Positions 46,097-55,699 of a stretch of DNA of 64,000 nucleotides are shown piece after piece (positions within the stretch are counted from its first letter, which is position 1; every line of letters begins with the position of its first letter). A model generated the notes under the pieces. It did not search any database, was not told the origin of the DNA, and saw only the letters and a list, made by a program, of their open reading frames with translations. A program made the translations under genes and the position numbers. Location: the NCBI GenBank assembly GCA_964615765.1, contig CAZTQN010000004.1, positions 44,291 through 108,290 of the forward strand, written 5' to 3'. Source of the DNA: an uncultured Phycisphaeraceae bacterium (GTDB taxonomy: Bacteria; Planctomycetota; Phycisphaerae; Phycisphaerales; UBA1924).

Positions 46097-47050
46097 TCAG
46101 GCGCATCCGCCGAAGTACGCGCTCAGGTAGTCGAAGATGTCCTGCACGGTGATCCCGCCGGCGCCGTTGAAGTCGGCCCGCGGATCGCCGCTGAAGTACG
46201 CCGTCAGGAAGTCGAAGATGTCCTGCACCGTGAGCGAGCCGGAGTTGTTGAAGTCCGGGCGGCAGTCGTTGAAGCGGAAGCCCATGTCATCCCAGAAAAT
46301 CGTCCCCTGGCTGAACGCCAGGCTCTGCGGCGGGCCGAACCGCAGCGGGAGCACGCTCACCTTCGCGTCCGGGTTCTGCGGCGGGAGGGCCCACAGCTGC
46401 CCCGTGCCCGGGTTGATGTACAGCGCTTCGTTCTGCTGCACCGTGCGCTCGAACCGAACCCACTGATCGTTCGTGTGGATCCCCGGGCCGTTCGGCGTCG
46501 TCACAACCACAATCCCCGGAACGTTCGTCGCCACGTTCGGGTCGTTCGGGTTGATGTCCAGCCACTCGGGACCGACATAGGTCGAGTCGTTCACCGTGCG
46601 CCGGAACTCCAGCTTCAGCCCCGCACGCTGCCCCGCGAAGCCCGACAGCCCCTGGCTGACAAACGGCGTCGCCGACGGGATGTAGAAATAGCCCCACACC
46701 GTGATCGACGGCTCCCCGATCCCGAAGCGGTACCCCGCGTTGTTCACCGGGCTCCCCAGCGTCCCGCGGTCCAGCGGCGAGTTGCTCGAGAAGCCCGCGA
46801 AGTCCGAGCCCATCGGCAACTCGATGCTGCGCGTCCCCGTGCGAGCCACGGCGGCCGGCGTGAGCCCGTCACCGATCTCGCGGTACGTCGCCGAGTTGAA
46901 GCGGTCCCAGCCCGAGGGATACGACGCGTTGAACGGGTCCGGCGTTTCAAAGCTCGTGTTCTGCAGTTGCTGGAACGGCTGCGCCTGCGCGACGCCGCCC
47001 GCCGTCACACACGCGCCGATCGCCAGCGCCTTCATCATCCCGGTCTTCAT
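46097..47050 (-). CDS. Secreted jelly-roll/CBM-like protein with two GC-type dockerin-like repeats (ends ...YFGGCA)
   Basis: AGGAG lies upstream of ATG 47050. The signal peptide is MKTGMMKALAIGACVTAGGVAQAQ. The QNTSFETPDPFN...WDRF...GYFYIP...LKLEFRR pattern is reminiscent of CBM4/9/22-type beta-sandwiches. The C-terminus is CRPDFNNSGSLTVQDIFDFLTAYFSGDPRADFNGAGGITVQDIFDYLSAYFGGCA. Confidence 0.75.
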   Translation of the reverse strand: MKTGMMKALAIGACVTAGGVAQAQPFQQLQNTSFETPDPFNASYPSGWDRFNSATYREIGDGLTPAAVARTGTRSIELPMGSDFAGFSSNSPLDRGTLGSPVNNAGYRFGIGEPSITVWGYFYIPSATPFVSQGLSGFAGQRAGLKLEFRRTVNDSTYVGPEWLDINPNDPNVATNVPGIVVVTTPNGPGIHTNDQWVRFERTVQQNEALYINPGTGQLWALPPQNPDAKVSVLPLRFGPPQSLAFSQGTIFWDDMGFRFNDCRPDFNNSGSLTVQDIFDFLTAYFSGDPRADFNGAGGITVQDIFDYLSAYFGGCA

Positions 47051-47219
47051 GCTGATCTCCTGATGATCCGTTGATTGTTTCCCAGTGCCCAGGCCCCGTC
47101 CGCCCCGCTCCGCCGACAACCGCTCCAAACTCCCGCGACCCGCCCCGATAACCCACGCCGGCGCGGCCACCGGCGGCACGTCCGTAACCGCTTACATTCT
47201 GCCCCACATCCGGCCCCCG

Positions 47220-47238
47220 TGCAACTGTTCTGCAAACA
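47220..47238 (-). promoter_or_regulatory. Candidate operator: TGCAACTGTTCTGCAAACA (related to sites at 54450 and 55678)
   Basis: This is an AT-rich island in 70% GC DNA, 170 nt upstream of the 47050 start. It matches 14 of 19 positions of the site abutting the GH94 start and has the same direct-repeat layout, TG(A/C)AAC-N-TG(A/C)AAAC. Confidence 0.35.
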
Positions 47239-47292
47239 TTCTCACGCATCTCCACCCCGCCACAACCCGACCCCCTCCCCCCCGCCATCCCC

Positions 47293-48153
47293 CTACTTCA
47301 GCCCCTCCGCCGCCACCCCCTTCACAAACGTCCGCTGCGTCAGCAGGAACAGCAGCAGCAGCGGCGACACCATCAGCGTGCTCGCCGCCATCAGCAGGTT
47401 CCACGGCGTGTTGCCCGCCTGCCCCTGGTACAGCTGCAGCCCCAGCGCCAGCGTGTACTGGTCCCGGTGCGTCAGAAAAATCAGCGGCCCCACAAAGTCG
47501 TTCCACACGTAGATGAAGTGGAACAGCGCCACCACCGCGAGCGCCGGCTTGCTGAGCGGCAGGATCATCCGCCAGAAAATCCCCCAGTGCGAGCACCCGT
47601 CGATCCGGGCCGCCTCGTCCAGGTCCCGCGGAATCGTGCGGAAAAACTGCCTCAGCATGAAGATGTTGAACGCCCCGCCGAACCACGCCGGCACCCAGAG
47701 CGGGCGCAGCGTCCCGATCCACCCCAGCTCACGGAACACCATGTACAGCGGCACCATGATCACCGGGAACGGGATCATCATCGTCGCCAATACCAGCGCG
47801 AACACCGTCCCTCGCCCGCGCCACTCGATCCGCGACAACCCGTACGCCACCACCGCGCTCGATAGCGTCATCCCGATCACGCCCAGGCTCGCGATGATCA
47901 GCGTGTTCCGCAGGTACAGCGGGAACTCGATCGTGGGGTCGTTCCACACGCTCGAGTAGTTCTCCCGGGCCACGCTCAGCGTCGATCCCGCCGGGTCGGG
48001 CAACAGCCGGATCCGCTGCGACGCGGCTTGGTTCTCGGGCTTCACGGACGTCGACACCATCCACACCAGCGGCGCAATGAACAGCACCCCGATGCTCGCC
48101 AGCACCGCGTACACCGCCGCCCGCCCAAACGTCTCGCTTCCCGACCGCCGCAC
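47293..48153 (-). CDS. Carbohydrate ABC transporter permease (MalG/CUT1-like)
   Basis: It has six hydrophobic segments and an EAA-loop motif, DLDEAARIDGCSHWGIFWRMILPLSKPAL. Confidence 0.88.
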   Translation of the reverse strand: MRRSGSETFGRAAVYAVLASIGVLFIAPLVWMVSTSVKPENQAASQRIRLLPDPAGSTLSVARENYSSVWNDPTIEFPLYLRNTLIIASLGVIGMTLSSAVVAYGLSRIEWRGRGTVFALVLATMMIPFPVIMVPLYMVFRELGWIGTLRPLWVPAWFGGAFNIFMLRQFFRTIPRDLDEAARIDGCSHWGIFWRMILPLSKPALAVVALFHFIYVWNDFVGPLIFLTHRDQYTLALGLQLYQGQAGNTPWNLLMAASTLMVSPLLLLFLLTQRTFVKGVAAEGLK

Positions 48154-48196
48154 CGAGTCCTCCGCTCCTTCCTGTTCCCCCCCTCGGCCCTCGGCC

Positions 48197-49090
48197 CTAA
48201 ACCCTGTAATAGACGAGCCGCCGACTCGCCCAGAACATCACCCCCGTCAGCCCCATCGTCACCAGCAGCAGCACCCACGCCATCGCGCTCGCGTACCCCA
48301 TCTTCAGGTACACGAACCCATTGTCATAGAGGTACATCGTGTAGAACAGCCCGCCGGGGTTCTGCCCGTCCTTGGTGCGGAACATGACGTACGGCGCCGC
48401 GAACACCTGCACGGTGTTGATCGCCAGCGTGATCACCGTGAACAGAATCGCCGGCGAGATCATCGGCACCGTGACGTTCACAAACCGGCGCACCGGCCCC
48501 ATTCCGTCCAGTTCCGCCGCCTCATACAACTGGCTCGGCACGTCCTGCAACGCCGCGACGTACACCACCACGCTCTGCCCCACGCCCCACAGGCTCATCA
48601 CCACCAGCGACGGCACCGCCCACGCCGGGTCCAGCAGCCAGTTCGGCCCCGTCACGCCCAGCGCCGCGAGCGCCTTATTCACCAGCCCGTACTCGGCGTT
48701 GAACAGCCACGACCACACCATCGCCGCGGCGACCAGCGGCACCAGCGTCGGGATGAACACCATCGCCTGCATCGCCCGCCCGAACCGCCCGCCCCCCACC
48801 CCGCTCCCCGCAAACACCGCCGCCAGAATCAGCCCGACGAGCGTCGACAGCGGGATCGAGACCGCCGCGAACACCGCCGTGTTCTTCACCGCCCGGATGA
48901 GTTCCGGATCCTCCAGCATCCGCCGGTAGTTCTCGAGCCCAACCCACAAGGGCGGCTCGAGCATCGAGTAATCCGTGAACGAGAAATACAAACTCAGCAC
49001 CATCGGCACGAGCATGAACGCCGTCGCGCCGATCAGCCACGGGCTGACCCACAAGAGGCCGATCGCCGTCGCCCGCGCCGACTTCTTCAC
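48197..49090 (-). CDS. Carbohydrate ABC transporter permease (MalF/CUT1-like)
   Basis: GTG 49090 overlaps the SBP stop (GTGA). The EAA-loop motif is QLYEAAELDGMGPVRRFVNVTVPMISP. The protein is polytopic. Confidence 0.88.
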   Translation of the reverse strand: MKKSARATAIGLLWVSPWLIGATAFMLVPMVLSLYFSFTDYSMLEPPLWVGLENYRRMLEDPELIRAVKNTAVFAAVSIPLSTLVGLILAAVFAGSGVGGGRFGRAMQAMVFIPTLVPLVAAAMVWSWLFNAEYGLVNKALAALGVTGPNWLLDPAWAVPSLVVMSLWGVGQSVVVYVAALQDVPSQLYEAAELDGMGPVRRFVNVTVPMISPAILFTVITLAINTVQVFAAPYVMFRTKDGQNPGGLFYTMYLYDNGFVYLKMGYASAMAWVLLLVTMGLTGVMFWASRRLVYYRV

Positions 49091-50478
49091 GCCCCACCCC
49101 CCCCACTCCCCGCGCTACCCGCGCCATACCGACGCAGCCGCTGCACCCGCGCCTGCTCGATCAGCCCCGCGCTGGTCGCCTGCATCCGCGCCAGCGCCGC
49201 CTCCGGCTCCTCGCGTCCGGCCCACATCCCCAGAGCCGCCACGTCGAACTTGTCCTTGATCTCCTGCCACACCCGCGTCGGCGGACAGATGAACGCCCGC
49301 GGGCTCGCGAACAGTTCGCTGTGCAAGCGCACGCCGCGGTTCGGGTGCTGCGCGATGAACGCCGCGCTCTGCGCCTTCAGCGGCGAGCCCTTGCAGTGCG
49401 CCGTCGCCAGAAACTCCGTTACGTCCTGCCGCTGCGTGTAGGCGATGAACGCCATGCTCGCCTCAGGATGCCGCGCCCCGCGCGGGATGACCAGCACATC
49501 GGTATCGATCAGCGTCACCGGCTCGTCCGCGCGGTACGCCGACTCATCCACCGGGAACGGAGCCACGCCGTACTCCATGCTCGGCGCAAACCGCTCCACC
49601 ATGTTCGCCAGCCACGGCCCCTGCACCACCATCGCGACCTTGCCCGTCAGGAACGCGTTCTCCGGCGTGTTGTAACTCCCGAATCCCGAGCGGAACCGCT
49701 CCACCTCCGCAAAGCCAAGTTCACGCGGGAACGACGCGTACCACCGGTACGCCGCCAGGTTTCCCGGCGCGTCCACCGTCGCGCGATCCTCCGCCGCGTC
49801 GTACAGCGATGCCCCGAAGTACGAGCCCCACATCCAGTTCCACCAGCCCGGCTCGGCGTGCAGAAACCCGACGCGCGTCAGCCGCCCGCTCGAATCCCGC
49901 CGCGTGATCCGCCGGTGCGCCTCGTTCAACTCCTGGATCGTCCGCGGCGGGCGCTCCGGATCGAGCCCGACCTCCCGCAGGATCGCCTTGTTGTAATACA
50001 TCGCCAGCGTGCCCGCCGTGTTCACCGCGGCCCACCACTGCCCACGATGCCGCATCACCTGCCGCACGCCCGGCGCATACTGCTCCAGGCTCAGCCCCGC
50101 CCCCGCCGCCAACTCATCCAGCGGTATGATTGCCCGGCTCTCGGCATACGGCGGGACGTTGAAGTTCCACAGCCCCAAGATGTCCGGCGGGTCGCCCCCG
50201 GCGATCGACGTCAACGCCTTCTGCCCGATCCCGCTCGTCACGATGTACCGCACAAACAGCCGATCCTGCGACCGGTTGAAGTCGTCCACGACGCGCTGCA
50301 TCGCGGCCCCTTCGTGCCCCGTCCACTTCTCCCAGTAGTTCAGCACCAGCCGCCCGCCGGTGTCGACACTCTTCCCCCGCGGCCCGAACAGCGCGAAGCC
50401 CAGCCCGCCCGCCGCGAGCGCACCGATCGCGGCACGGCGGGTCATCGACGCGGCGCTGCTCGGTCCGGCTCCCGTCAT
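49087..50478 (-). CDS. ABC transporter extracellular solute-binding protein (family 1, sugar-type) with Tat-like signal
   Basis: MTRRAAIGALAAGGLGFALF carries a twin-Arg. NYWEKWTGHEGAAMQRVVDDFNRSQ is a typical SBP_bac_1 start. The start is ATG 50478 or ATG 50445. Confidence 0.85.
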   Translation of the reverse strand: MTGAGPSSAASMTRRAAIGALAAGGLGFALFGPRGKSVDTGGRLVLNYWEKWTGHEGAAMQRVVDDFNRSQDRLFVRYIVTSGIGQKALTSIAGGDPPDILGLWNFNVPPYAESRAIIPLDELAAGAGLSLEQYAPGVRQVMRHRGQWWAAVNTAGTLAMYYNKAILREVGLDPERPPRTIQELNEAHRRITRRDSSGRLTRVGFLHAEPGWWNWMWGSYFGASLYDAAEDRATVDAPGNLAAYRWYASFPRELGFAEVERFRSGFGSYNTPENAFLTGKVAMVVQGPWLANMVERFAPSMEYGVAPFPVDESAYRADEPVTLIDTDVLVIPRGARHPEASMAFIAYTQRQDVTEFLATAHCKGSPLKAQSAAFIAQHPNRGVRLHSELFASPRAFICPPTRVWQEIKDKFDVAALGMWAGREEPEAALARMQATSAGLIEQARVQRLRRYGAGSAGSGGGGA

Positions 50479-50515
50479 CGCGTCAATCTATCCGCCAGCC
50501 ACACGCCTGGCCCGT

Positions 50516-50872
50516 TCATGGTGTCGGGTTGTTGGCACGCACCGCCGCCACTTCAGCGTTGATGCGGCTGACGAGCTGCTCCCAATCGTCGGTGAACCCG
50601 GTCGGCTTGCCGGTCGTCGGGTTGTTGACGCCAACGTTCGGATCGATCGGGTGCGCACGCTCGTACAACTGCTTTTCCAGCACGCCGCGGAGCATCTTCC
50701 ACGTCTCGCCGGTCTCGCGATCCTTGATGACCACCTCGCCCGCCAACACCGCAGTTTGCCCGCCGCCGGTCCCGCGCCACGCGAAGAACGCGGCGACACC
50801 GACAAGAACCACCACAAGCACCACCGCAACGGCCGGCTTTTTCAGCAGATCACGCACGCGATCCTCCGTCAC
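50516..50872 (-). CDS. Small N-terminally anchored protein, unknown function
   Basis: The start is GTG 50872. A single TM helix, KKPAVAVVLVVVLVGVAAFFAW, is followed by a soluble ~80-aa domain with balanced composition. The gene sits inside the sugar-uptake operon. Confidence 0.6.
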   Translation of the reverse strand: MTEDRVRDLLKKPAVAVVLVVVLVGVAAFFAWRGTGGGQTAVLAGEVVIKDRETGETWKMLRGVLEKQLYERAHPIDPNVGVNNPTTGKPTGFTDDWEQLVSRINAEVAAVRANNPTP

Positions 50873-50899
50873 ATCCGTCAGCGCGGCCGCCCACAGTGA

Positions 50900-51793
50900 T
50901 CACTGCCCGGTCTCATCACTGGGGATGCCGCCCCAAGAGAAGAAATTGCTGCCGAAGCCGTACTTGTCCGAGCCCTGGTTGGCGCGCTGGCGGGAGATCC
51001 CGTCGACCCGCAGGTCGCCGCGCAGCATGTGCAGCAGGTTCGACCGCGACGTGTTCGCGACCGTCTCGCGGTCCGGGCGGGTCCGCGCGCCGTGCCGCGG
51101 AACTTCGTCGTACGCGTCGGCCATCCACACCATCTCGTCCGGAGCCTTCACCACGCGCATCGGCCGATTGGTGGACACGCCGGTCCGGCTGAAGAACTCG
51201 TTGTCGTTGAACCAATACTCCGTGTACCGCCGGATCGTCGGCTTGGTCTGCGTGACACTGAGGGAGTAGTCCGGGTCGACCGGGTCCAGGAAGAGGCGGC
51301 GTCCCTGAACCTCCAAGTACTGACGCACCAGCGGATCCTTCACCGACGTCGCGCCGGCCGCACGCGGGCACTTGTAGACACTGCTCCGCACGTTCTCGCC
51401 AAGGAACTCCTCGAGCGCGTAGCCCATGAACCAGTGGCACCGGCTGGTCTGCGGGATCGAGCCGAAATCCGTGTCCAGCCGCAGCTCTTCCGGCACATCG
51501 GCGATGGGGATCTTCCGCGCAAACAGGTTGGGCCACACCGGCTCCCGCTGCGCGTCCAGATACATCTGGATCGCGTACCCCACCTGGCGCATGTTGCTCT
51601 TGCAGATCACATCCCGGGCCGCGTCTCGCGCCGCCCCCAGCGACGGCAGCAAAATCGAGATCAGCAGCGCAATGATCGCGATCACCACCAGCAGCTCGAT
51701 GAGCGTGAACCCGCTCGCGCCCTGGGCCCGCCGCGCCCGCGCGCGGCTGATCACCACCGCCGTCCATCCCGTCACGCTCTTCGGACCGCTCAT
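50900..51793 (-). CDS. Prepilin-type N-terminal cleavage/methylation domain protein (DUF1559/H-X9-DG-like; here H-X8-DG)
   Basis: From ATG 51793 the protein reads ...[32 protein letters not shown]. Near the C-terminus it has [11 protein letters not shown]. The track ORF start at 51958 is an upstream extension. Confidence 0.85.
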   Translation of the reverse strand: MSGPKSVTGWTAVVISRARARRAQGASGFTLIELLVVIAIIALLISILLPSLGAARDAARDVICKSNMRQVGYAIQMYLDAQREPVWPNLFARKIPIADVPEELRLDTDFGSIPQTSRCHWFMGYALEEFLGENVRSSVYKCPRAAGATSVKDPLVRQYLEVQGRRLFLDPVDPDYSLSVTQTKPTIRRYTEYWFNDNEFFSRTGVSTNRPMRVVKAPDEMVWMADAYDEVPRHGARTRPDRETVANTSRSNLLHMLRGDLRVDGISRQRANQGSDKYGFGSNFFSWGGIPSDETGQ

Positions 51794-51852
51794 GATCGGT
51801 CTCCTGTCTGCGCCGGCCGCGAGAACCGCGCCCGCCGCGTTGTATCCACGCA

Positions 51853-54447
51853 TCAACCCGGCAACGTACTGGCCCCGGCCGCCTTCGCGCCCGACGCCCG
51901 CACCTGCACCCCACCCGCCCCCCCACCATTCGCCCCGCCCGACACGCCCGCCTCCCACGCGACGGTCACGTCGATCGTCCCCGTCCCGCCATCATCTTCT
52001 ACGCGGACCACGTTCCCCTGGTGCGCTTTGCCGTTCACGTTCAGCACGACGCGCCCGTCGGCCCGCCACTGCTTCGCGTCAAACCGCACGCGCACCCGCT
52101 TGCCGCGCCACACGCGCGTCGCCTCCACCTCGCCCAAGGCCGCGAACGGCACCGGATCGATCACGAGCCCGTCCCACACCGCCCGCACGCCCAGAATCCA
52201 CTCCAGGCTCACGCGATTCAGCCACGCCGCGCTGCCCGTGTACCACGTCCACCCCGCCTTGCCCGGCGTGGGGGAGATCGGCCCGTCCACATTCCCCGGC
52301 GTCACAAACGGTTCGGCGACGTACGCGTCCGCGTCCTGCCCGCGCAGCGGCGGCGAGATGCTCCGCCAGATCTTCTCGACGCTCTCGATATCCCGCCGCT
52401 TGCACGCCGCCGCCAGCGCCCACGTCGCCGCGTGCATGTACACGCCGCCGTTCTCGCGAAGCCCCGGCGCATACCGCGTGATGTACCCGATCGTCTCGTC
52501 CGGCGTCGTGTACGCCGGATAGCTCAAGACCGGGCCCATCGGGTGCAGCAGATGCTCGCGCACGCTGGCCCAGCAGGCGTCCTCACGCTCCTTCGGCGCC
52601 GTGCCGCTCAGCACGGCCCACGTCTGCGTGTTCAGGAAGATCTTGCCCTCGGCGTTCGACGCGGTGCCGATCCAGCGCCCGTCATCACGCGTCGCGGCCC
52701 GGTACCACCGCCCGCCGGAACTTCCCGACCCACCCGCCGACCCGCCGTCCGCATCCCACGCGTGCGCATTAACCGCGTCGATCAACGCCGCGCGGGCCTT
52801 GCGATACTCGCCCGCGAGCGCGATCTCCGCCGCTCCGTGCCCGTTGTGCCCCTTGGCCGTGTGCTCCAGCACGTGGGCGAAATCTTCTAGCACCACGCAC
52901 AGCCACTGGGCCAGCCACACGCTCTCGCCCTTGCCCTCGACGCCCATCGACGACAGGCCGTCGTTCCAATCGCACGACCCGATCAGCGGCAGCCCGCGCG
53001 GGCTCTGCCGCTTCAGGCTCTTGGCGATCGACCGCCGGCAGTGCTCCAGCAGCGTCGCTCCGGAGGCATCATCCACAAACGGTGCCCGCTCGTTCAGGAT
53101 GGCCCAGTCGCCCGTGTCCTTGATGTAGTTCGCCGTGATGTACGCCAGCCACAGGTAGTCGTCGCTGCACGCCGTCCGCAGGCCCATCTCCGCCAAGGGG
53201 TGCCACCAGTGGTACACGCTCCCGTCGGCGAACTGGTGGGCCGCGTGCAGCAGGATCTGCTTGCGCGTCTGCGCCGGATCCCGCGGCAGCCACACCTGGC
53301 TGTCCTGCAGTTGATCGCGGAACCCGAACGCGCCTGACTGCTGGTAATACCCCGTCCGCCCCCACAAGCGCCCGCTGATCGCCTGATACGCCAGCCACCG
53401 CGAGTTCAGCATGTCGAAGTCCGGCATCGCCGACTTCACGCGGCTGGGCCCCGTGATCGTCTCCCACATCGCCGCCGCACCGTCGATCGCCTGCGCCGCC
53501 GCCTCCGGCGTCGTGAACGTGTCGATCAACTTCAGCGCCGCGGCTTCATCATCGCCGATCGCTATGGTGAACACGACCTCGACCGTCTGCCCCGGCGCGA
53601 GGCGAAGATCTCCGCCGAGCGCGCCCGCCGCGTCGCCGTACCGCCCGAAGTTCTGCGGCGCGTCCACACCCGGGATCGTCGTCGCCGTCATCACCTGCGG
53701 GCGATGCTCGCCGGTGTACCGACCCATGAACGTTGCCTTGTCGGCGATCGCCAGCGTCGCGTCAAACGGACCGCGCACGCCATGGGCCGCGACATACGGC
53801 CACGGGTGATTCCAGTGCTTCTTCTCCCGCTCGACCGGGCCCAGGTCGTTGCGGTGCGGCGCGTCCCACATGTTCTTGTGCGCGACGATCGCGTGCGTCC
53901 CGCCGGCGCGCTGTTCGTGCCGCGTCGTGAAGAACAGGCGGTGAAACTCTCGCTTGATGTCCGGCGCCACGCCGCAGCACCACTCGAAGAACGACGCGAC
54001 ACGAATACGCCGCGCCTTCGCGCTCGTGTTGGTGATCTTCAGCCGCCAGACTTCGACGGTCTCCCGCGCGTCAACGGCGAGCGTCCACTCCGTCCGGATC
54101 CCGCCGCGCGACGCCACGAACGTCGTGCTCCCGACGGCGTGCGTGCACGCGTACTCATCCAGCGTCGCCTGGCACGGCCCCGGGGCCGCCGACCACACGT
54201 CGCCCGTGTCCAGATCGCTCAGATAGAGGAACTTGCCGCGCCCATCGCGGGCCAGGTCCATGTCCCACCGGGTGAGGACGTTGAGCTGGGAGTTGTCACA
54301 CCAGGTGAAGCCCCCGCCGTTCTGGCTGATGACCAGCCCGATGCGCCCGTTGCAGATCACGTTCACCCAGGGCATGGGCGTGCGGTGATCACGGATGGTG
54401 AAGGCTCGACCGGTCGGATCAAAGGCCCCGTAGCGATTGGCAAGCAT
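51853..54447 (-). CDS. GH94-family glycoside phosphorylase (cellobiose/cellodextrin/beta-1,2-oligoglucan phosphorylase family)
   Basis: From ATG 54447 the protein reads [31 protein letters not shown]...GGGFTW...GKFLYLSD (compare cellobiose phosphorylase MRYGHFDD..YVIT.P.TP.PWINYLG). Other motifs are [43 protein letters not shown] and [12 protein letters not shown]. There is no signal peptide. TTG 54498 is an alternative start. Confidence 0.85.
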   Translation of the reverse strand: MLANRYGAFDPTGRAFTIRDHRTPMPWVNVICNGRIGLVISQNGGGFTWCDNSQLNVLTRWDMDLARDGRGKFLYLSDLDTGDVWSAAPGPCQATLDEYACTHAVGSTTFVASRGGIRTEWTLAVDARETVEVWRLKITNTSAKARRIRVASFFEWCCGVAPDIKREFHRLFFTTRHEQRAGGTHAIVAHKNMWDAPHRNDLGPVEREKKHWNHPWPYVAAHGVRGPFDATLAIADKATFMGRYTGEHRPQVMTATTIPGVDAPQNFGRYGDAAGALGGDLRLAPGQTVEVVFTIAIGDDEAAALKLIDTFTTPEAAAQAIDGAAAMWETITGPSRVKSAMPDFDMLNSRWLAYQAISGRLWGRTGYYQQSGAFGFRDQLQDSQVWLPRDPAQTRKQILLHAAHQFADGSVYHWWHPLAEMGLRTACSDDYLWLAYITANYIKDTGDWAILNERAPFVDDASGATLLEHCRRSIAKSLKRQSPRGLPLIGSCDWNDGLSSMGVEGKGESVWLAQWLCVVLEDFAHVLEHTAKGHNGHGAAEIALAGEYRKARAALIDAVNAHAWDADGGSAGGSGSSGGRWYRAATRDDGRWIGTASNAEGKIFLNTQTWAVLSGTAPKEREDACWASVREHLLHPMGPVLSYPAYTTPDETIGYITRYAPGLRENGGVYMHAATWALAAACKRRDIESVEKIWRSISPPLRGQDADAYVAEPFVTPGNVDGPISPTPGKAGWTWYTGSAAWLNRVSLEWILGVRAVWDGLVIDPVPFAALGEVEATRVWRGKRVRVRFDAKQWRADGRVVLNVNGKAHQGNVVRVEDDGGTGTIDVTVAWEAGVSGGANGGGAGGVQVRASGAKAAGASTLPG

Positions 54448-54449
54448 AG

Positions 54450-54468
54450 TGAAACTGTTGCTGAAACA
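54450..54468 (-). promoter_or_regulatory. Candidate operator abutting the GH94 start codon: TGAAACTGTTGCTGAAACA
   Basis: Two direct TGAAAC hexamers lie 12 nt apart, immediately 5' of ATG 54447. The site shares TGAAACTGTT with the palindrome at 55678-55692. Confidence 0.35.
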
Positions 54469-54652
54469 CCCCACGACCGGCGGACGCGGTCCCTGCAACC
54501 GCTTACACGCACATCATGCCCGCTCTCTCCCGCCGCGTCAACTCCAATCGTCCTCGCGGTGTGGAAATCTCCGCTTTCTGACTCCCGGGATGGTCCGAAG
54601 TCGTGGGTTCTTTCGAACCCCCCGCCGGGCGGATGCCCAAACGGGGCGGAGC

Positions 54653-54687
54653 AATAAAGAAGGGGGCGGCCGTTGTTGGCCGCCCCC
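54653..54687 (-). terminator. Intrinsic terminator after the 54719..55486 gene
   Basis: On the minus strand the sequence is GGGGGCGGCC-aacaac-GGCCGCCCCC followed by ttctttatt. On the plus strand the stem spans 54662-54687 and the A/T-run spans 54653-54661. Confidence 0.8.
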
Positions 54688-54718
54688 TCGCAGGAGAGTG
54701 TTGTGCAAAGAGCCCGAA

Positions 54719-55486
54719 TCAGCGGCGGCGACGCAGCGCCACCAGCCCGCCCAGGGCCATCACGCCCGCGGCGCTCGGCGCCGGGATGCCGATGATGCTG
54801 ATGTTGCTGAACTGCACGTCGGCCTGGCCGGGGTTGAACGCGAAGTTGTTCTGGGTGTACACGCCGACGAGGCTGTTGTCAGCCCAGCCCTGGAACGTGC
54901 CGCCCGCGTTCAGCGGCGCGGTGAACACGCCGTTGACGCCGTAGCGGACGAACGGCCCGCCGTCCGCGGTGCCGACGTAGATGATCTGCATCAGGAAGTC
55001 GCTGCCGACCGTCGCACGCGGGATCGCGTTGTTTTCCGGCTGGTTGTTGGAGAAGAACGGCATGCGACCGCCGAACGACGCGATTTCGCCGCCGTTGCCG
55101 GGCAGCAGCACGAAGTTGCCGACGTCGGCCTGGAACGAGGAGGGATAGAACGGCGCGGTGCCGATCCAGATCCCGGCTTCCGACACCAGCGGGCCGTTGA
55201 TGCGCCCGGTCACGGTCAACTGCCAGGACTCGGCGGCGCCGAACTGGTAGTTCGCCCCGTTGACGGCGAGCGCCGCGTGGTGGCGATTCGCGAACCCGGT
55301 CGTCGCCGTGTTGGTTTCCTGCCAGCGGATCCCGCCCAGCCCGTTGTTGGTGATCGCCAGGTTGCTGCTGGGCAGATCGTTGAACCAGCGCGTGCCCGCG
55401 TCGTTCAGGCTGTTGATGGTGCTGACTTGCCCCGCCGCCGCGCCGGCGCACATGGCGACGGCCAGAATCGCACAGATATTCCGCAT
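54719..55486 (-). CDS. Secreted protein with PEP-CTERM-like C-terminal sorting signal
   Basis: GAGGAG lies upstream of ATG 55486. The signal peptide is MRNICAILAVAMCAGAAAGQ. The C-terminus is IGIPAPSAAGVMALGGLVALRRRR. Confidence 0.75.
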   Translation of the reverse strand: MRNICAILAVAMCAGAAAGQVSTINSLNDAGTRWFNDLPSSNLAITNNGLGGIRWQETNTATTGFANRHHAALAVNGANYQFGAAESWQLTVTGRINGPLVSEAGIWIGTAPFYPSSFQADVGNFVLLPGNGGEIASFGGRMPFFSNNQPENNAIPRATVGSDFLMQIIYVGTADGGPFVRYGVNGVFTAPLNAGGTFQGWADNSLVGVYTQNNFAFNPGQADVQFSNISIIGIPAPSAAGVMALGGLVALRRRR

Positions 55487-55677
55487 TTCTCGTTCTCCTC
55501 GCTCTTGGCCCGGCGTCAACCGGGTGATGAGTCACACAAACCCACGGGTCACGTGTCCCGTAATCGCTTACATCATGCCGCCGATTCCGGTTGCACGCAA
55601 GTCTTTCCGCACGAATTCGGCGTGCAACCCAACACCCCGGTAGTCCCCCCGGGCCGGTTCCCCTCTGACGCCCCGTC

Positions 55678-55692
55678 CTGAAACTGTTTCAG
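55678..55692. promoter_or_regulatory. 15-bp perfect palindrome CTGAAAC-T-GTTTCAG (LacI/GalR-type operator-like)
   Basis: It lies 8 nt downstream of the GH144-like stop and 192 nt upstream of the 55486 start. It closely resembles the TGAAAC/GTTTCA half-sites of Cra/FruR-type LacI-family operators. A LacI-family gene lies 1.7 kb away. Confidence 0.45.
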
Positions 55693-55699
55693 AACACCC

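Noticed and set aside
54605-54620. gggttc-tttc-gaaccc hairpin resembling a tRNA T-arm
   Set aside because: No acceptor stem, D-arm or anticodon arm can be built around it. The loop is 4 nt rather than the 7-nt TPsiC loop.
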